Source of the DNA: Felis catus
Lineage: Eukaryota
DNA: 64,000 nt
Direction of reading: 5' to 3'
Assembly (NCBI RefSeq): GCF_018350175.1
Contig: NC_058368.1
Span: 106,828,001 to 106,892,000, forward strand
Part shown: positions 1 to 13,359 of the stretch, one piece after another
Layout of the letters: the number at the start of each line of letters is the position of its first letter
Position numbering within the stretch: the stretch's first letter is position 1
Notes under the pieces: model-generated
What the model saw: only the letters and a program-made list of their open reading frames with translations
The model's database searches: none
What the model was told of the DNA's origin: nothing
Position numbers and translations under genes: made by a program

Positions 1-904
1 TCTTAGCTTTGCTGGTTAATTCTAGACATCACTTAGATCTCAGTTCAGATGTCACTCCTTCGGTGAGCAATGAAAACCTCTACCCCCATCACTAACAACT
101 ATTTTAGTGACACTATATTTGTATCCATATGGTGAGGTTCTAATCACATTTGTAAGTTTACATTTATTAATTTTTCTTTCCCTGCTAGTCTTTAAGATTA
201 ATGAGGAAAAATCTCATGATTATTTTTAACTCTATATTCCCAATGACCAGCACAGTGTATGATCCATTAATATTTATCAATGTAATTCATAATGAAACAT
301 TATATTTTAGGAAGTTTTAAAAACAAAAATCTGTATGAGCCCTTAATTATATCGTGGGCTTCATCTCCTTGTGATTTAGGGAATGTTTTGTACATTTCTC
401 TTCAGACAATTTTATCCTTATGTTTATGGACTTCCTAGAATTTCTTGAAGGAATTGTAGCCTTATTTGGTCCAGTTGGCCATGGACACTGTATATATATA
501 CTGTATGAGTAACACATGTGCAGACACATGTGGGTGTTTTCAGTCCCTGTGCTCTATTTAGAGTTTGTTAAATCATTTTTCTTGGAGCTAGAAAATAAAC
601 TTGAGGAGGTTTTTTTTTTCTTTTTCTTAGTGCATTTATCATGTCTCATTGTAACTTGCCTAGATGTGGGATAATTTTTAAAGGAATTTTTAAAGATAAA
701 TTGTATATTTGGCTGATAATAGAACTAGATAGTTATCAGTATACACTAAGAAGAAAATGGGCATAAAATGTGTTATTCTTAGCATAAGAGATGATGATAC
801 TGATCCTGTATAAGGAACACATCCTCTCAGACTTTTTGTTTGTATGTTTGGCACAGCAGTGGAGAGTCATAGTGTTATGGATTCTCTTGCATGAAATAAT
901 AGCA

Positions 905-1150
905 GCGGGTCATAGCTCAAAGTCCATAGTGGAATCAGACAGATCTTAGGTCACAGCTTCAGTCACCTAATTATTGTGAAAGCAGTCTTGAAAATGGTAA
1001 TTTTTCCCTTTCCCTTTATTTTCTCATCTATCAAATGAGAAATGTAGTATCTACTTTGGATGTTACCCTTATGACTAAATGAATAATTATGTAAATTGCC
1101 TACAATAGTGACTAGCACATAGCTAGTCACAGTCTGACGTTTATCATTAT
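905..1150 (+). mobile_element. MIR SINE remnant
   Basis: ggaatcagacagatct...ttctcatctatcaaatgagaaatgtagtatctact...tgtaaattgcctacaatagtgactagcacatag resembles the MIR core and tail. Confidence 0.65.
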
Positions 1151-1362
1151 TACTACCATGAAGATAGTGATTGCTGTTGGCATTTTAATAGGTCTGTTTA
1201 AGAATGGAATCTCTGGTTATTAAATAGGATGTTCCTGTGAACAAAGCCAACTCTCCAACATGAGGATCAAATTTACAATTTTGACATCACAGACTTTATT
1301 CCAACTACTAAACTTGGCAGTAGCCACTCTCATATTCACTGCTTTAAAAAAATGCACATTCT

Positions 1363-1606
1363 GGGGCACCTGGGTGGCTCAGTTGGTCAAGCAACCAACT
1401 CCTGATTTCGGCTTAGATCACGAGCTCGTGGTTCATGGGATTGAGACCCGCGTCAGGCTCTGCCCTCATAGCAAAGAGCCTGCTTGGGATTCTCTCTCTC
1501 CCTCTCTCCCTATGCCCTTCCCCTGCTGGTGCTCTTTCTTTCTCTCCCTAAATAAATAAATAAACCTTTAAGAAGTAAAATAATAAAATAAAAAATAAAT
1601 TTAAAA
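1363..1606 (+). mobile_element. Can-SINE (SINEC)
   Basis: ggggcacctgggtggctcag head, CT tract, A-rich tail; TSD tgcacattct at 1353 and 1608. Confidence 0.95.
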
Positions 1607-1939
1607 CTGCACATTCTCAATCATGCTAAATGACTTACCTACTGAAAAATATCTAGGTCCCCATTCATTGGCCATCTCTCTTCAAATCATTTTGCTCTGT
1701 ATTTCTCTTTCTCCCTTTTTTCTTGAAATTCCGTCTAACTCATCTGTCCTTTAAGCGATTCCAGTTGAGTAATGACACTTGCTCTAGATAGAACTATAAA
1801 CGTAGACATAACCTACTGTCCTAATGTACAACAAACCTCTGAGTTTACTGCTAAACTCAAATAGGAATTTACAGTAACTCCCTCTACTTCTCTCTCTCTC
1901 TCTCTCCTCTTCTTTCTTAACATCCTGAAATTTAATATC

Positions 1940-2960
1940 TTCTCCAAATACTTGATTAAGTTACTTTGCTCAGAGATGAATAGTCACCTCTTGATTGTGA
2001 CATTCAGTGGGGCTCTCCTTAGTCATCTTTCTCTTTGATGTTTCTACAGCTTCTGACACAGTTGACCAATAGCTTCTCTTAAGACAATCCAATCTATAGG
2101 ATCCCACTGCACCAGAACAGCCAGATCTCCTGCTTCTCATGATTATTCCTTCTCTGGATTCTTTTTTATTTTCAGTCTCTCTCTTTAAAGCTATGACTGT
2201 CCTAGGTTGAGTCCTTCACTTCTCTTCTCCCTCAGTTTTCTCCAGTTACTTCCATGGCTGATATTACCACCTCACAAAAGTACTCCAATAGCCTAGTCTT
2301 TCTTTGGAGTTCCAGATGTTCCAGGGTTCTTCGTAGCTATTTTCACTAGTGTGTTATGTTGTTTTATTAAGTATAATTTGCGAAGTTGAACTTATCAGAA
2401 CTATCAAAGATTGACTTCCATTTTCTTATAAACTATGGCTGCATTCTCACATAAGTAATAAGAAAGCTTTGTGTTCAGTGTTTATTTCCCCACTTTCTAT
2501 TGGTTGTCAGTTCAGAATTTTTTTTTTCTTCACAGGGCCTACTGGGTTTTCTTCCTTAGCCTCTCGTGCTCGTGGAGTTTTACGTTAGCCTCCCAATACA
2601 GTTAATCCACAACTCGCCTATCACTAGGCATCCTGCATACTGCTCTCAGATAAAGCTTCTCCAAACCAGTAGCTGATTACCAAGTTCCTTGCTATGTTCA
2701 CTAACTTCAGATGGATCAATTCAGTATCTTGGGCATGCATTAAAACTCTCTTTAACAGAGATATATTCTAACATCTTGTCTTTCTGACAGAATTATTTTA
2801 CTTATGTGCTACCAAAAATATTACTTGCTCTCTTACTTTCCCTTGCATACAGCTAACTCATACTTTTTTTTTTATACATATCCAATTCCTGTCCATTCTT
2901 CAATGACAGTTCATCTGTTTACTTCTTTGTGAAGCTTTACTTGACTCTGTGAAATGTTCT
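1940..2960 (+). mobile_element. Highly decayed L2 LINE
   Basis: Pyrimidine-rich L2-like tracts (tctgacacagttgacca; ttccatggctgatattaccacct). Confidence 0.45.
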
Positions 2961-4451
2961 CTTCTCTGAATCTGAGTGATTCGAGTTGATGCCAGTGTTT
3001 CTCAAACATGAGTAATGTGTATAACAATTTAAAAGGAAAACAAAAAATCCCACTTCCGTGAGTTAAAAATAGCAGTGAACCTTTTGAGTGGTGATGTAAC
3101 CAGAGGAGGAGGACTATTGAAAGTGTGGTTTATATTTTTAAGCAGGGAGTTAACCATACCATCCTGCATATGATCTTTTTTACATAATTTTTGAATTTTT
3201 ATTTAACTCATATTTGTATAAGGTATTTTTGCTTTGTCTTTCCAATTTCATTATGAGCTCATTGAGTGCACAGATCTTCTTACTGTACTTCTGTGTATAA
3301 ATCGGTAATAAACATTTGCTTCTACTTTCATCACCGCCTACTTTGTTCATGTTTCAAAATGATAGTGCTTGTATGATTTGGTTTGCTAACAATGGTTAAA
3401 TTGGATAAGCAGCATTCACTAATGGAAATTATGATTCAGAAAACACATGCCTCAGATTCCAGCCACTGCCACCGGGTGGGGTGTGTGCTACCTTTGGGTT
3501 TACACCAATAATTATAAACAGTTTCGGGACTTTGAAAAATTAATCAACAGATGACAACTCTGGGATCAGTTATTGTGCCTTTTTACTAGCTTTGAAGTTA
3601 GACTTTGATCAGATACATGGAGCTACACAAATGTTAAGAATATTAAATATTACCTATATCGTATATATTATAATATTAAAATTTAAAGCACAACTACTCA
3701 GCCAAAAGTAGGTGTCTGCTGTATAACTATTCTGCACTAAGTGAAGTCTTAATTGTGACTTTTTCTGCAAACTCTCTTTTATCTCACTTTATCTTTTTAT
3801 CTTATTTCACTTCAAGTGTTACATTCCTCACCTCTGCTAAAAAGGGTTTTCTAACAAACACTTAATTGGGTCTTGCTTCTAGCTGTTTGACATCTTTCAG
3901 GGTGATGCTAGATTGCAAGGTGCAACCTTACACTTTCTTGTCTCCATCCCCAGTTTCAAAACCCTTTGTTAATCTCCTCAGGGAGTGCTTGGGTCTCTCT
4001 TGTCCTATTCTCAGCTACTCCAGGGACCTGATCCTGCCAGCTGCATTCTCTCCAGCTGCCTTTCCTTCTTCCCCGCACATTCTAACTTAAAGGAGTTTCA
4101 TGAGCAAAATCTGAAGTTACTTATTTTGTTCCATGATCTACTGTGTTTCTAACTGAGCTCTACCATTGTGGTTTTTCCCCCTCCTACTTCATAAGAGATC
4201 AATGAGCCTTTATGTTTTTTAACATAAAATACAGTTACCTTTTTGCCCTTAATACTGCTATAGACTCGACATCTTTCCAAGAAATTTCTCCCCTTGCAAT
4301 GATGACAGCTTTTGTATGCATTTTTTTCTTTCCATAAGTATTGAAATACCATAGCAAAAACCAAAACCAAAAGAAAAAAAGAGCAAGTCAATTAAGAAAA
4401 GAGATCTTAAGAGAATTCAAGATTTATTTCGTGTTTTATTGACTCTTACAG

Positions 4452-4532
4452 GTTATGTAGAAGTGCTGGTGATACCTGCTGGAGCAAGAAGAATCAAAGT
4501 TGTGGAGGAAAAGCCGGCACATAGCTATTTAG
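4452..4532 (+). CDS. ADAMTS19: ADAMTS19 internal exon (start of spacer domain), 81 nt, phase 1-1
   Basis: ttacag|GTTATGTAG...TATTTAG|gtaacc; translates (G)YVEVLVIPAGARRIKVVEEKPAHSYL(A), with the ADAMTS spacer motif IPAGA; in phase with the next exon. Confidence 0.95.
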
Positions 4533-5334
4533 GTAACCTGACACAGAGCCGATCCAAGTACGAGCCCCACTCCCTGCCCTGACAGTTCTGTAATGACGAA
4601 GACATCAATCTGTTTCTAGTTACATGTTTGAATTTCCCAGGAAGCACCTCTTGTCATATCGAGTAGGAATTTCTTTCCTTCTCTCCCAGGGACTTATCAG
4701 AGCAAAAGCAATCTGGTTGTCTATGTTTTTGGGAGAGTATAAATTGCTTCCACATGTTATGCTGTGTTATAAAAAAAAAACTCATTGGAGGATTTAGGTA
4801 TGTTTTATTTCACACATGTGCAGACATATTTCATAAACATGTTTATTTCATATATGCATATACACATTCACATTTATTGCATGTACAAATGCATATATGT
4901 GTGTGTCTGTGCATATGATTCCTTTAGAAATAGAAAATCTTGTGGGATTCTCAAAAAAATTCTGACATACTGAAAGGATTTAATGTTTTGATGGGAAATG
5001 GTGCTGTTTCCTTTCCTCACTTTACGTATATTCACCTATGAAGAGAGTATTTTAAATGTTTAAGTATTGCATATGGAAAGAATTGTATCAGCTATTTTAA
5101 TTAGGCCAATTAATGATTTAAATATATGAAAGAAAATGCTCAGTTGCCAAAATACATATTGCTCACATATCAAAATTACAAACCAATTCAGTCATATGAA
5201 ATGGTTGTCTGTAGTTATGGCATCCATGGATTAAAGGGATCTAATGTGATTAGGTCTGGTAAAAGAGTAAATGTTCTAAGTATAAGATCATATCATCTGC
5301 AATCAGAAATAATTGTACTTCTTCCTTTCTGATT

Positions 5335-7130
5335 TGAATGCCTTTTATGCTTCTGAATTCGGTTTGCTAGTGTATTGTTGAGAATTTTTAAATCAATGTT
5401 CATAAGGGAAGCTCCTGTGTAGTTTTCTTTTTTTTGTAGTGTCTTTGTCTAGCTTTGGTATCAAAAATGAGCTAGGCCTCCTAAGTGTGAATTAGGAAGT
5501 CTTCCCTCCAATTCAGTTCTTTGGAAAATGTGAGGCTTGATGTTGGTTTTTCTTTAGATGTTGCATAGAATTTACCAGTGAAGCCATTTTAACATCCAGT
5601 AATTTTCTTTTGGGGGATATTTTTGATTACTGATTCAGTATCCTTGCTAGTTATAAGTATTTGTGATTCGGTCTTGGTAAGATTTGTGTTTCCAGGAATC
5701 TGTACACTTCCTTTAGGCTATCCACTTTGTTAGCATATAAATTTTTAAAATTTTTATTCAAGTATAGCTGCCATAAAATATTCTATTAGTTTTAGGTGCA
5801 CAATATAGTGATTGGACAGCTTTATACATTGCACAGTGCTCACCGTGACAAATGCAGTAGCCTTCTGTTACCATATGGTCTTATTATAATTAACTGTATT
5901 CCCCAAGCTGTAATTTTAATCCCCATGACTTATTTATTTTATAACTGGAAGTTTGTACCTCTTAATCCCCTTTACCTATTTTGCCCATCCCTCCACCTCC
6001 CTATCTGTCTAGCAGCTACCAGTTTGTTGTCTGTATTTATAAGTCTGTTTCTGTTCGTTCATTTGAGATTACATACAAATGAAATCAAGTCGTCTTTCTC
6101 TGTGTGACTTATTTCACTTCGCATAATACTCTAGGTCCACCTATGTTGTCAGAAATGACAAGAGCTCACTCTTTTTTTTTTTTGACTGAGTGATATTTCA
6201 TTGTGTATATGCACCACACCTTCTTTATCTCTTGGTGGACACTGAGATTACTTCCGTATCTTGGCCATTGTAAATAATGCTGCAATAAACATGGGGGTGC
6301 ATATATCTTTTTGAGTTAGTGTTTCCATTTTCCTTGGGTAAATAGAAGGTGGAATTACTGGATTGTATGGCATTTCTATTTTTAATTTTTTGAGAAATTT
6401 CTGTACTGTTTTCCACAGTGGCTACACCAGTTTGCATTCCCACCAACAGTACATGAGGGTTTCTTTTTCTCCACAACCTAGTTAAAGCTTCTTACTTCTT
6501 GTCTGTTTGATATGAGCCATTCTGACTGGCATGAGAATTATTACAGTACATTTCTTACCATCGTTTTTATTTCTGCAGCATCGGTTGTAACGTCCGCACT
6601 TTCATTTCTGACTTTTCGGTTGTCTTTTTTATTTTTCTTTCTTAGTCAAGTGCAGCTAAAGTTTTGTTGATTTTGTTCATCTGTTCAATGAGCCAATTTC
6701 TGGTTTTGTTAGTTTTCTCTATTATTTTTCTATTCTCTATTTCATTTATCTCTGTTCTAATCTTTATTATTTTCTTCTTTAGGTAGCTTTGGGTTTAGCG
6801 TGTTCTTTTTCTAGTTCCTTAGCTTATAAAGTCAGGTTGTTAACATTATAAGATCTTCTTTTTTTAATGTAAACATTTGTTGCTCTAAGTTTCCACCCAC
6901 AGCACTGCTTTTGCTGTGTCCTCTACATTTTGCTATGTTGTGTTTTCATTTCCATTTGTCTCAAGATATTTTCTAATTTCCCTCATAATTTCTTCTTTGA
7001 TCCATTGGCTTTTTGAGTGTTGTTTCATTTCCACATTAATGAATTTTCCAGTTTTCCCTGTTACTGATTTCTAAATCATTTCCCATTGTGGTCAGAGAAG
7101 ATACTTTGTATGATATCTATCTTTTAGGAC
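5335..7130 (-). mobile_element. Old L1 ORF2 remnant interrupted by a younger L1 3' end
   Basis: Antisense L1 ORF2 phrases (tttgctagtgtattgttgagaattttt; gaatttaccagtgaagccat; tcagagaagatactttgtatgat) on both sides of 5742-6535. Confidence 0.8.
5742..6535 (-). mobile_element. 5'-truncated L1 (ORF2 C-terminus + 3'UTR) nested in the older L1
   Basis: ORF-track 6225..6476 (ATVENSTEISQKIK) is degenerate ORF2p C-terminus; typical antisense L1 3'-end motifs (gacttatttcactt, gctgcaataaacatgggggtgc). Confidence 0.88.
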
Positions 7131-7199
7131 ACGGGTATCTTTTGGGGGGCCATTATTTATGACCCCACAGTCACTAATTTCTATCCAGGAGTTTATACC

Positions 7200-7745
7200 A
7201 CAACTAGTTCTTCTTGATAGTTGCCTTTACCACTCTAATACATCAGCAAGTCCTGTCAGTTACTCAGATATATCACTTCTCTCCATAACTACCGTGACCC
7301 ACAATCAAGCTACTCTCTGCTGCATTGTCCTGCTTTATTTTCTTCAGAGCACCTACCACCATCACCATCTGAGTTTTCTTCTCTGTTTGCATACGTGCTT
7401 TTATGTTGTGTATCTTCCAGTGTTAATTTTGAAGGCAGGGATCATTTTTCTCAGAGCTTTATCCACAGTAACTAAAGCAGACTCTGGCACACAGAAAGTA
7501 ATAAAGACTTTTTTTGAGTGAATTTTAATTAAAAAAAGATGGTTCATACTTGTATAGTAATTAGTATGGGTGAGTTCTTTAAATATATCTGCTAAATAGA
7601 TCTTCACATGTCTGTGAAGTAGGCACCACTAATTTTTTTTAAATCAAAAACTAGAGGACCAGAGAATTTAAGTTTCTTTCCCAAGATCATACATCTAAAA
7701 AACCATGATCTTAGATTTAAGCCCAAGCAGTGTGGCCATTGTATC
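7200..7745. mobile_element. L2 3' fragment followed by MIR fragment
   Basis: catcagcaagtcctgtcagt...ctctggcacacagaaagtaataaag (L2 end); ccaagatcatacatct...agatttaagcccaagcagt (MIR). Confidence 0.55.
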
Positions 7746-8087
7746 TTGTTCCTACTGTCTCTTTTTACTTTTTGTTTTTCTTTTTTAATTCATTGTCTCT
7801 CACATTATGCTTGTGATTTTAAAGTACATGTCCTATATGAACAAATTTGCCTTGAACTTCCCCCCCAATCTCCCTCTTTCCCCCCATTTCTTAACTAATG
7901 AGATCAATTGTATAGCATTAACTCAGGGGAATATAAATCACGAAGTGGTGGTTTTCTTCTCCCGTCACTACCTCCAGGTATGCCAGATCCCATCTTCTTT
8001 CCCTTATGTATATCTCTAAACATAAATCTCCAACCACTTTTTGTTATGAGAAGAGCATTTAATTTAAAAACGGAATCCCATGTCTTT

Positions 8088-8117
8088 TTTTTTAAATTTG
8101 TTTAATGTTTATGTACT

Positions 8118-8167
<50 letters not shown>

Positions 8168-8333
8168 CATGAGCTGGGGAGGGGCAAAGAGAAAGGAAGA
8201 CACAGAATCTGAAGCAGACTGCAGCCTCCGAGTGTCAGCACAGAGCCCAACATGGACCTAGAACCCACAAACCGTGAGGTCATGACCTGAGCCAAAGTCA
8301 GACGCTTAACTGACTGAGCCACCCAGGCGCCCC
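8088..8333 (-). mobile_element. Can-SINE with long (GA)n
   Basis: Reverse-complement SINE; TSD gaatccca(t/c)gtcttt at 8073 and 8335. Confidence 0.95.
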
Positions 8334-9899
8334 AGAATCCCACGTCTTTGTTATGTCTCCGGCCTCATGATTGTCACTTTTTTTTGTGCTTAGAATTAGG
8401 CATAAGTTACTAGGGTCTCTTACTTTTTAAGGAAATAGCATGAGTGCTCCTGAACCGTCTGAATACTACTTGGGAGATTCATGTTGAAAATAGAAGTTTC
8501 CTTACTTCTTAACTGAATCAATCACAGCTATCCTAATGAATTAGGAGAAGGGTGCAAGGATGAAGAGAAAGTGGCCAGAGGTATGATCCAGTCACAGGCT
8601 GGGAATGGGAAGAACTCAGTGGCTTCTAGAGACATTGAAGTAGTTGAGCTCATGAAACTTGGTGAGAATGGATGTGTGGATAGAAAGTAAAGTTCAAGGA
8701 TCACTTCTAGGCTTATGGATTAAACAACTGGGCAAATAATAATGGCATTTGCTGAGATAGCACACATGGATAAGAGGAAATTTTGGGGAAAAATGGCACA
8801 GTATTAAAATCCTCGATTTTAAGCCTAAAATCTTAGATTTCAAGCCTATCGTAGAGAATACATGTCATAAACCACATTTCCTAAAGGCTTCTTTGGACAT
8901 TGGAAGGAAGTTATTGAAAATCTTTATCTGAAATAGCATCAGGAAAATGTATTATTTCCTGGAAAGCTGATCTTTAACAAATTAACTTGTCTTTATAAAA
9001 CTATAATTTCATTGGAGACAGTTAATTCCCTCCCAATACAATTATTCTTTTACATTACTTGCTGAATTGTATTCCCATATGTAATTATTATCTGCATTTC
9101 TGAATATCATGGCTCAGTTTTATTAATAATTAATCAGGAAGTCCAAAATGGAGAGTAGTTCAGATCGACCATATGTTATATCTTTACAAAAATCACTGTA
9201 GCTTATGATTTTTAAAAGTCTAATAAAAAAGGTCATATGGGTCCATTTACCTTGCCTGCAGTTTTGCCTGCAAACCACTATGGAAAAACTTTTCACTAAA
9301 AACACTTTAAACTGTTGAGCAAATTACAAAAGGAGGAAAAAAAGAACACTTTTTTAAACTTACCTCTAAAATGGAAAGAAATTAAGGAGCCTTCACGTGC
9401 CAAAAACAAAGTAAGAACAGGAAGCCAAGTATTAGGCTGACCGAAATCCCACTTAAGCTTAATCCTGGTGACCAGTTTAGATTTTGAGCACCAGGATACA
9501 CGGTGGACAGAAAACAAAGCCTGAGGCTCTATAGAGTAGAGGCTCTAACAGGAGACACCTAAATAAAGCAGGACCCCAAAGGACTATAAGCTCAGCGTGA
9601 AGGAGACAGAGAAATGGATTTGCTCCATCAAAGATCAGGAAATGTGTCGGTATTAATTTTGATACTAGGTGGAAGTAGAAAATCAACCTCCCTGAGGGTT
9701 CGTAACCCAAAGAAAATGCTCCTCTGGATTCATAGCACCATTTTACCCAACTATGAAGTACAAAACTCCAAGACATTTATTTTAAGGAAGTTACCAAGGT
9801 GGCTGGCATATGCAAAGGCAAATCCTTTTTGAAGTAATGCACCTTCAAACCAGGCCTCAAAGGAATTTTATAAGGTTCAACAAATATAATTTTGTAGTA

Positions 9900-11220
9900 A
9901 AGAAATGTTCAGAAAACACAAGAGGAAATAAACATTATGAGCAGTGAACATAAATAAACAGTAAAAATAAGGGAGAGCAGAATAAGATATACATTTGCAT
10001 CATATACAGAAAATATAAAACTCTTATATTTAATTGTTTTAAAATATTAAAAATATTTTTAAAATATTAAAATAAAAATATTTTAAAATATTAAAAATAT
10101 TTTTAAAACAAAAATATATAAATATTAAAATTTTAAATAATAAAGTTGTTTAAAATATTAAAAATTTATAATATTAAAATATTTAAAAAATATTTCATTA
10201 AAAAATTAAAAATATTAAAAATAAGCAAAAGTGGACTAAACACATATTCAAATAGCCAAGTACAATTTTCAAAATTAAATTTTAAAAATTCAATCAATAG
10301 AATACCAGATAGAAGAAAAATAATAGAAATATACAGAAAAAATGAAAAAAGAAAGCACAAAATAAGATAGTGTAAATAAAACAAAACATACTAGCAGTCT
10401 TAGTATGCATTTAAAAACTAAAATCTCTAGTTAAAAGACAAAAATTGTCAGACTGGATTTTGAAAATAATTCAGGTATATGGTATTCATCTAAGATTCAC
10501 AAAAATTGACAAAGAATGGAAAACTGTACTAGGAAAAATAAAAACCAAAAAAATACTAGTAGAGCCATAGTAATATAAGTCAGAACTCACTTTAAAGGAA
10601 AATGCATTGTCTGAGGTGAAAGAAGTCACAGAATAATTATCTAAGCATTTAAGTCATCATTAAATAATATAATTTTATAATTATATGAACCCAGGAATAT
10701 AGCTTGAAAGCTTTTAAGCAAAAATTGACAAAGAAAACTGGGAAAATTTATCTTCATACTGAAATTAAGCACAAATGTGGGCATGAACTGACTTCTAAAC
10801 ATAGTGCTGAGGCAGCACAGAAGAGAAAGATATTCTTTAAATAAATAATGCTGGAATAACTGGGTATTTATATGAGGACCAAAAAAAATGAACTTTAGCC
10901 CCTACCTCTTATCATACATAAAAATTAAGTCAAAATAGATTGGAGATCTAAACAAAAAAGCTGAAATTCTAAAGCTTCTAGCAAAAAACATAAGAGAAAA
11001 CCTTTAAGACATTGTGCTTCACAAGGATTTCTTTACAATAGATGTACAAAAATACCAACCCTTTCACCCAAAAATGAATGTGTTTGATTTTGCCAAGAGT
11101 AAAACTGTTGCTCTTTGAAAGACACCATTAAGAAAATTAAAAGGCAAGCCATAGTGTCAGATAAAAATTTGCAAAAACTTACTTTTTCTAAAAACACTTG
11201 GCTCTAAAATATATAAAAAT
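9900..11220 (+). mobile_element. Old L1 remnant (ORF2 endonuclease and C-terminal fragments)
   Basis: ctagttaaaagacaaaaattgtcagactggatt (EN-domain KRQ.LSDWI-like) at ~10426; aatgctggaataactgggta...cccctacctcttatcatacataaaaattaa at ~10850. Confidence 0.75.
10020..10225. repeat. AT-rich low-complexity/minisatellite (aaaatattaaaaatattttt-like units)
   Basis: Near-pure A/T run of repeated aaaatatt units. Confidence 0.9.
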
Positions 11221-11254
11221 GTAATTTTCCTGACTAAGAGTTACAAATAAATCC

Positions 11255-11443
11255 TTTCTTTAAATGTTTGTTTTTGAGAGAGACAGAGCACGAGTGAGGG
11301 AAGGGCAGAGAAAGAGGGAGACAGAATCCAAAGCAGCTTCCAGGCTCTGAGCCATTAGCACAGAACCCAAGGTGAACTCATGAACCTAGAGATCATGACC
11401 TGAGTCAGTGGGATTTTAACTGTCTGAGCCACCCAGGTGACCC
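11255..11443 (-). mobile_element. Can-SINE
   Basis: Reverse SINE; TSD-like tacaaataaat on both sides. Confidence 0.9.
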
Positions 11444-11519
11444 TAAATACAAATAAATATTCTTAATCAGTGTGTTACTTATGAAGGTAACAATGAAATA
11501 CAGGTATTTACACGTTATC

Positions 11520-11742
11520 TTTTTTTTTTTTTTTTCTTTATTCATTTTGAGAGAGAGAGAGAGAGAGAGACAGAGCTAGAGTGGGGGAGGGACAGAGAGT
11601 GAGACAGAATCTGAAGCAGGCTCCAGGCTCAGAGCCCCAAGCTCTCAGCACAGAGCCAGATGCGGGGCTTGAATTCAAAACAGCAAGATCATGACCCAAG
11701 CCAAAATCAGACACTTCACCTACTGAGCCACCCAGGTGCCCC
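11520..11742 (-). mobile_element. Can-SINE
   Basis: Poly-T, (GA)n, ends gagccacccaggtgcccc. Confidence 0.93.
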
Positions 11743-12671
11743 TATATTTGTTATCTATCTCAGGAAAAATTATTTTTAGGAAGGAGCCCCTCCTCTTCTA
11801 TTTTCTATTTTGTTTAAAATTGGTAGTATTTTTTCTTAAATGTTTGAATGTTGGTATTTTCTTTGTGGAAAGGTTTTTAAAGCCCAACTTAATTTCTTCA
11901 GTGTATGTGTGTGTACCATATATATATATATCCAGGTGGTTTTTTTCTTGAGTCAGATTTGGTAATTGGTGTCTACAAAGAATTAACCCATTTCTTTACC
12001 TTCTCAAATTTATTGTCCTAAAGCTTTTTTTTGGTCATATTTTCCTATTGTAATGCAGTGTCTTTGTTTGATCTTTTAAAATAACCAAGTTTTGGTGTCA
12101 TTGATTGCCTTTGTTGTTGCTCTTTCTTATATATTTTAAGGTGGAAACTCAGATAATTGATTTCACTCTTTTCTTCTTTGCTGTTATGACAGTTTATCTA
12201 TCTAAACACTGCTTTGGCTTCATATCACAATTTATAGATACTGTAATTTTAGTTAAAAATACTTTCAAATTACCATTGTAATTTTCTGATTTGACTGACC
12301 CATGGGTTATTTGTAAATGTACGGTTTAATTTCCAAATATTTGTAAGTTTTTTAATAGATATTTTGTTACTGGTTTCTAGTTTAAATCTGTGTGGTAAGA
12401 AAATACACTGAGTTTGATTTCAGTTGAGACTTGTTTCAATGACCCATGGCCTATGTTGGTTAATGTTCCATTTATACTTTAAAACATATTCTGCAGTTGC
12501 TGACTCTTCTCTAAGCATCACTTAGCTCCATTTGGTTTATATTTTCTATATTCTTGTTTATTTTCTTTTTGCTTTATAAATTAGGAAAAGAGAACTATTG
12601 AAATCTCTGACTGAAATTGTGGATTTGTCTGTATCTCCATTCAATTAGGTCAGTTTTGCTTCATGCATTTT

Positions 12672-12786
12672 TTTTTAAGATTTTTTTTTTATTTTTAAGT
12701 AATCCCTATACACAACATGGGGCTCGAACTTACAACCCCAAGATCAAGAGTCTCACGCTCTAGTGACTGATATAATCTGGTGCCCC
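12672..12786 (-). mobile_element. Short Can-SINE lacking the CT tract
   Basis: ggggctcgaacttacaaccccaagatcaagagtc...ggtgcccc; TSD gcttcatgcatttt. Confidence 0.88.
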
Positions 12787-12802
12787 TTGCTTCATGCATT
12801 TT

Positions 12803-13021
12803 TAAAAAAATTTTTTTAAATGTTTTTATTTATTTTTTAGACAGAGAGAGACAGAGAATGAGCAGGGGAGGGACAGAGAGAGAGGGAGACACAGAACCTG
12901 AAGCAGGCTCCAGGCTCTGAGCGCCAGCACAGAGCCTGACATGGGGCTCGAACTCATGGATTGTGAGATCATGACCTGTGCTGAAGTCAGACGCTTAACT
13001 GACTGAGCCACCCAGGCTCCC
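12803..13021 (-). mobile_element. Can-SINE
   Basis: Full reverse SINE; TSD gcttcatgcatttt at 12789 and 13023. Confidence 0.95.
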
Positions 13022-13140
13022 AGCTTCATGCATTTTGATGCTCTTTCTGTTGTACACTTAGGATTGTATTGTTTCCTTAATATATTTTTAATGGCATTTA
13101 GAATTTTGCATTTGAAGTAAGTTAAATTTAAATGACATTT

Positions 13141-13359
13141 AAAAAAATTTTTTTAACGTTTATTTATTTTTGAGACAGAGAGAGACAGAGCATGAACGGG
13201 GGAGGGGCAGAGAGAGAGAGGGAGACACAGAATCTGAAGCAGGCTCCAGGCTCTGAGCCATCAGCCCAGAGCCAGACGCGGTGCTCAAACTCACGGATGA
13301 CGAGATCGTGACCTGAGCTGAAGTCGGACGCTTAACCGACTGAGCCACCCAGGTGCCCC
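13141..13359 (-). mobile_element. Can-SINE
   Basis: Full reverse SINE; TSD ttaaatgacattt. Confidence 0.95.
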
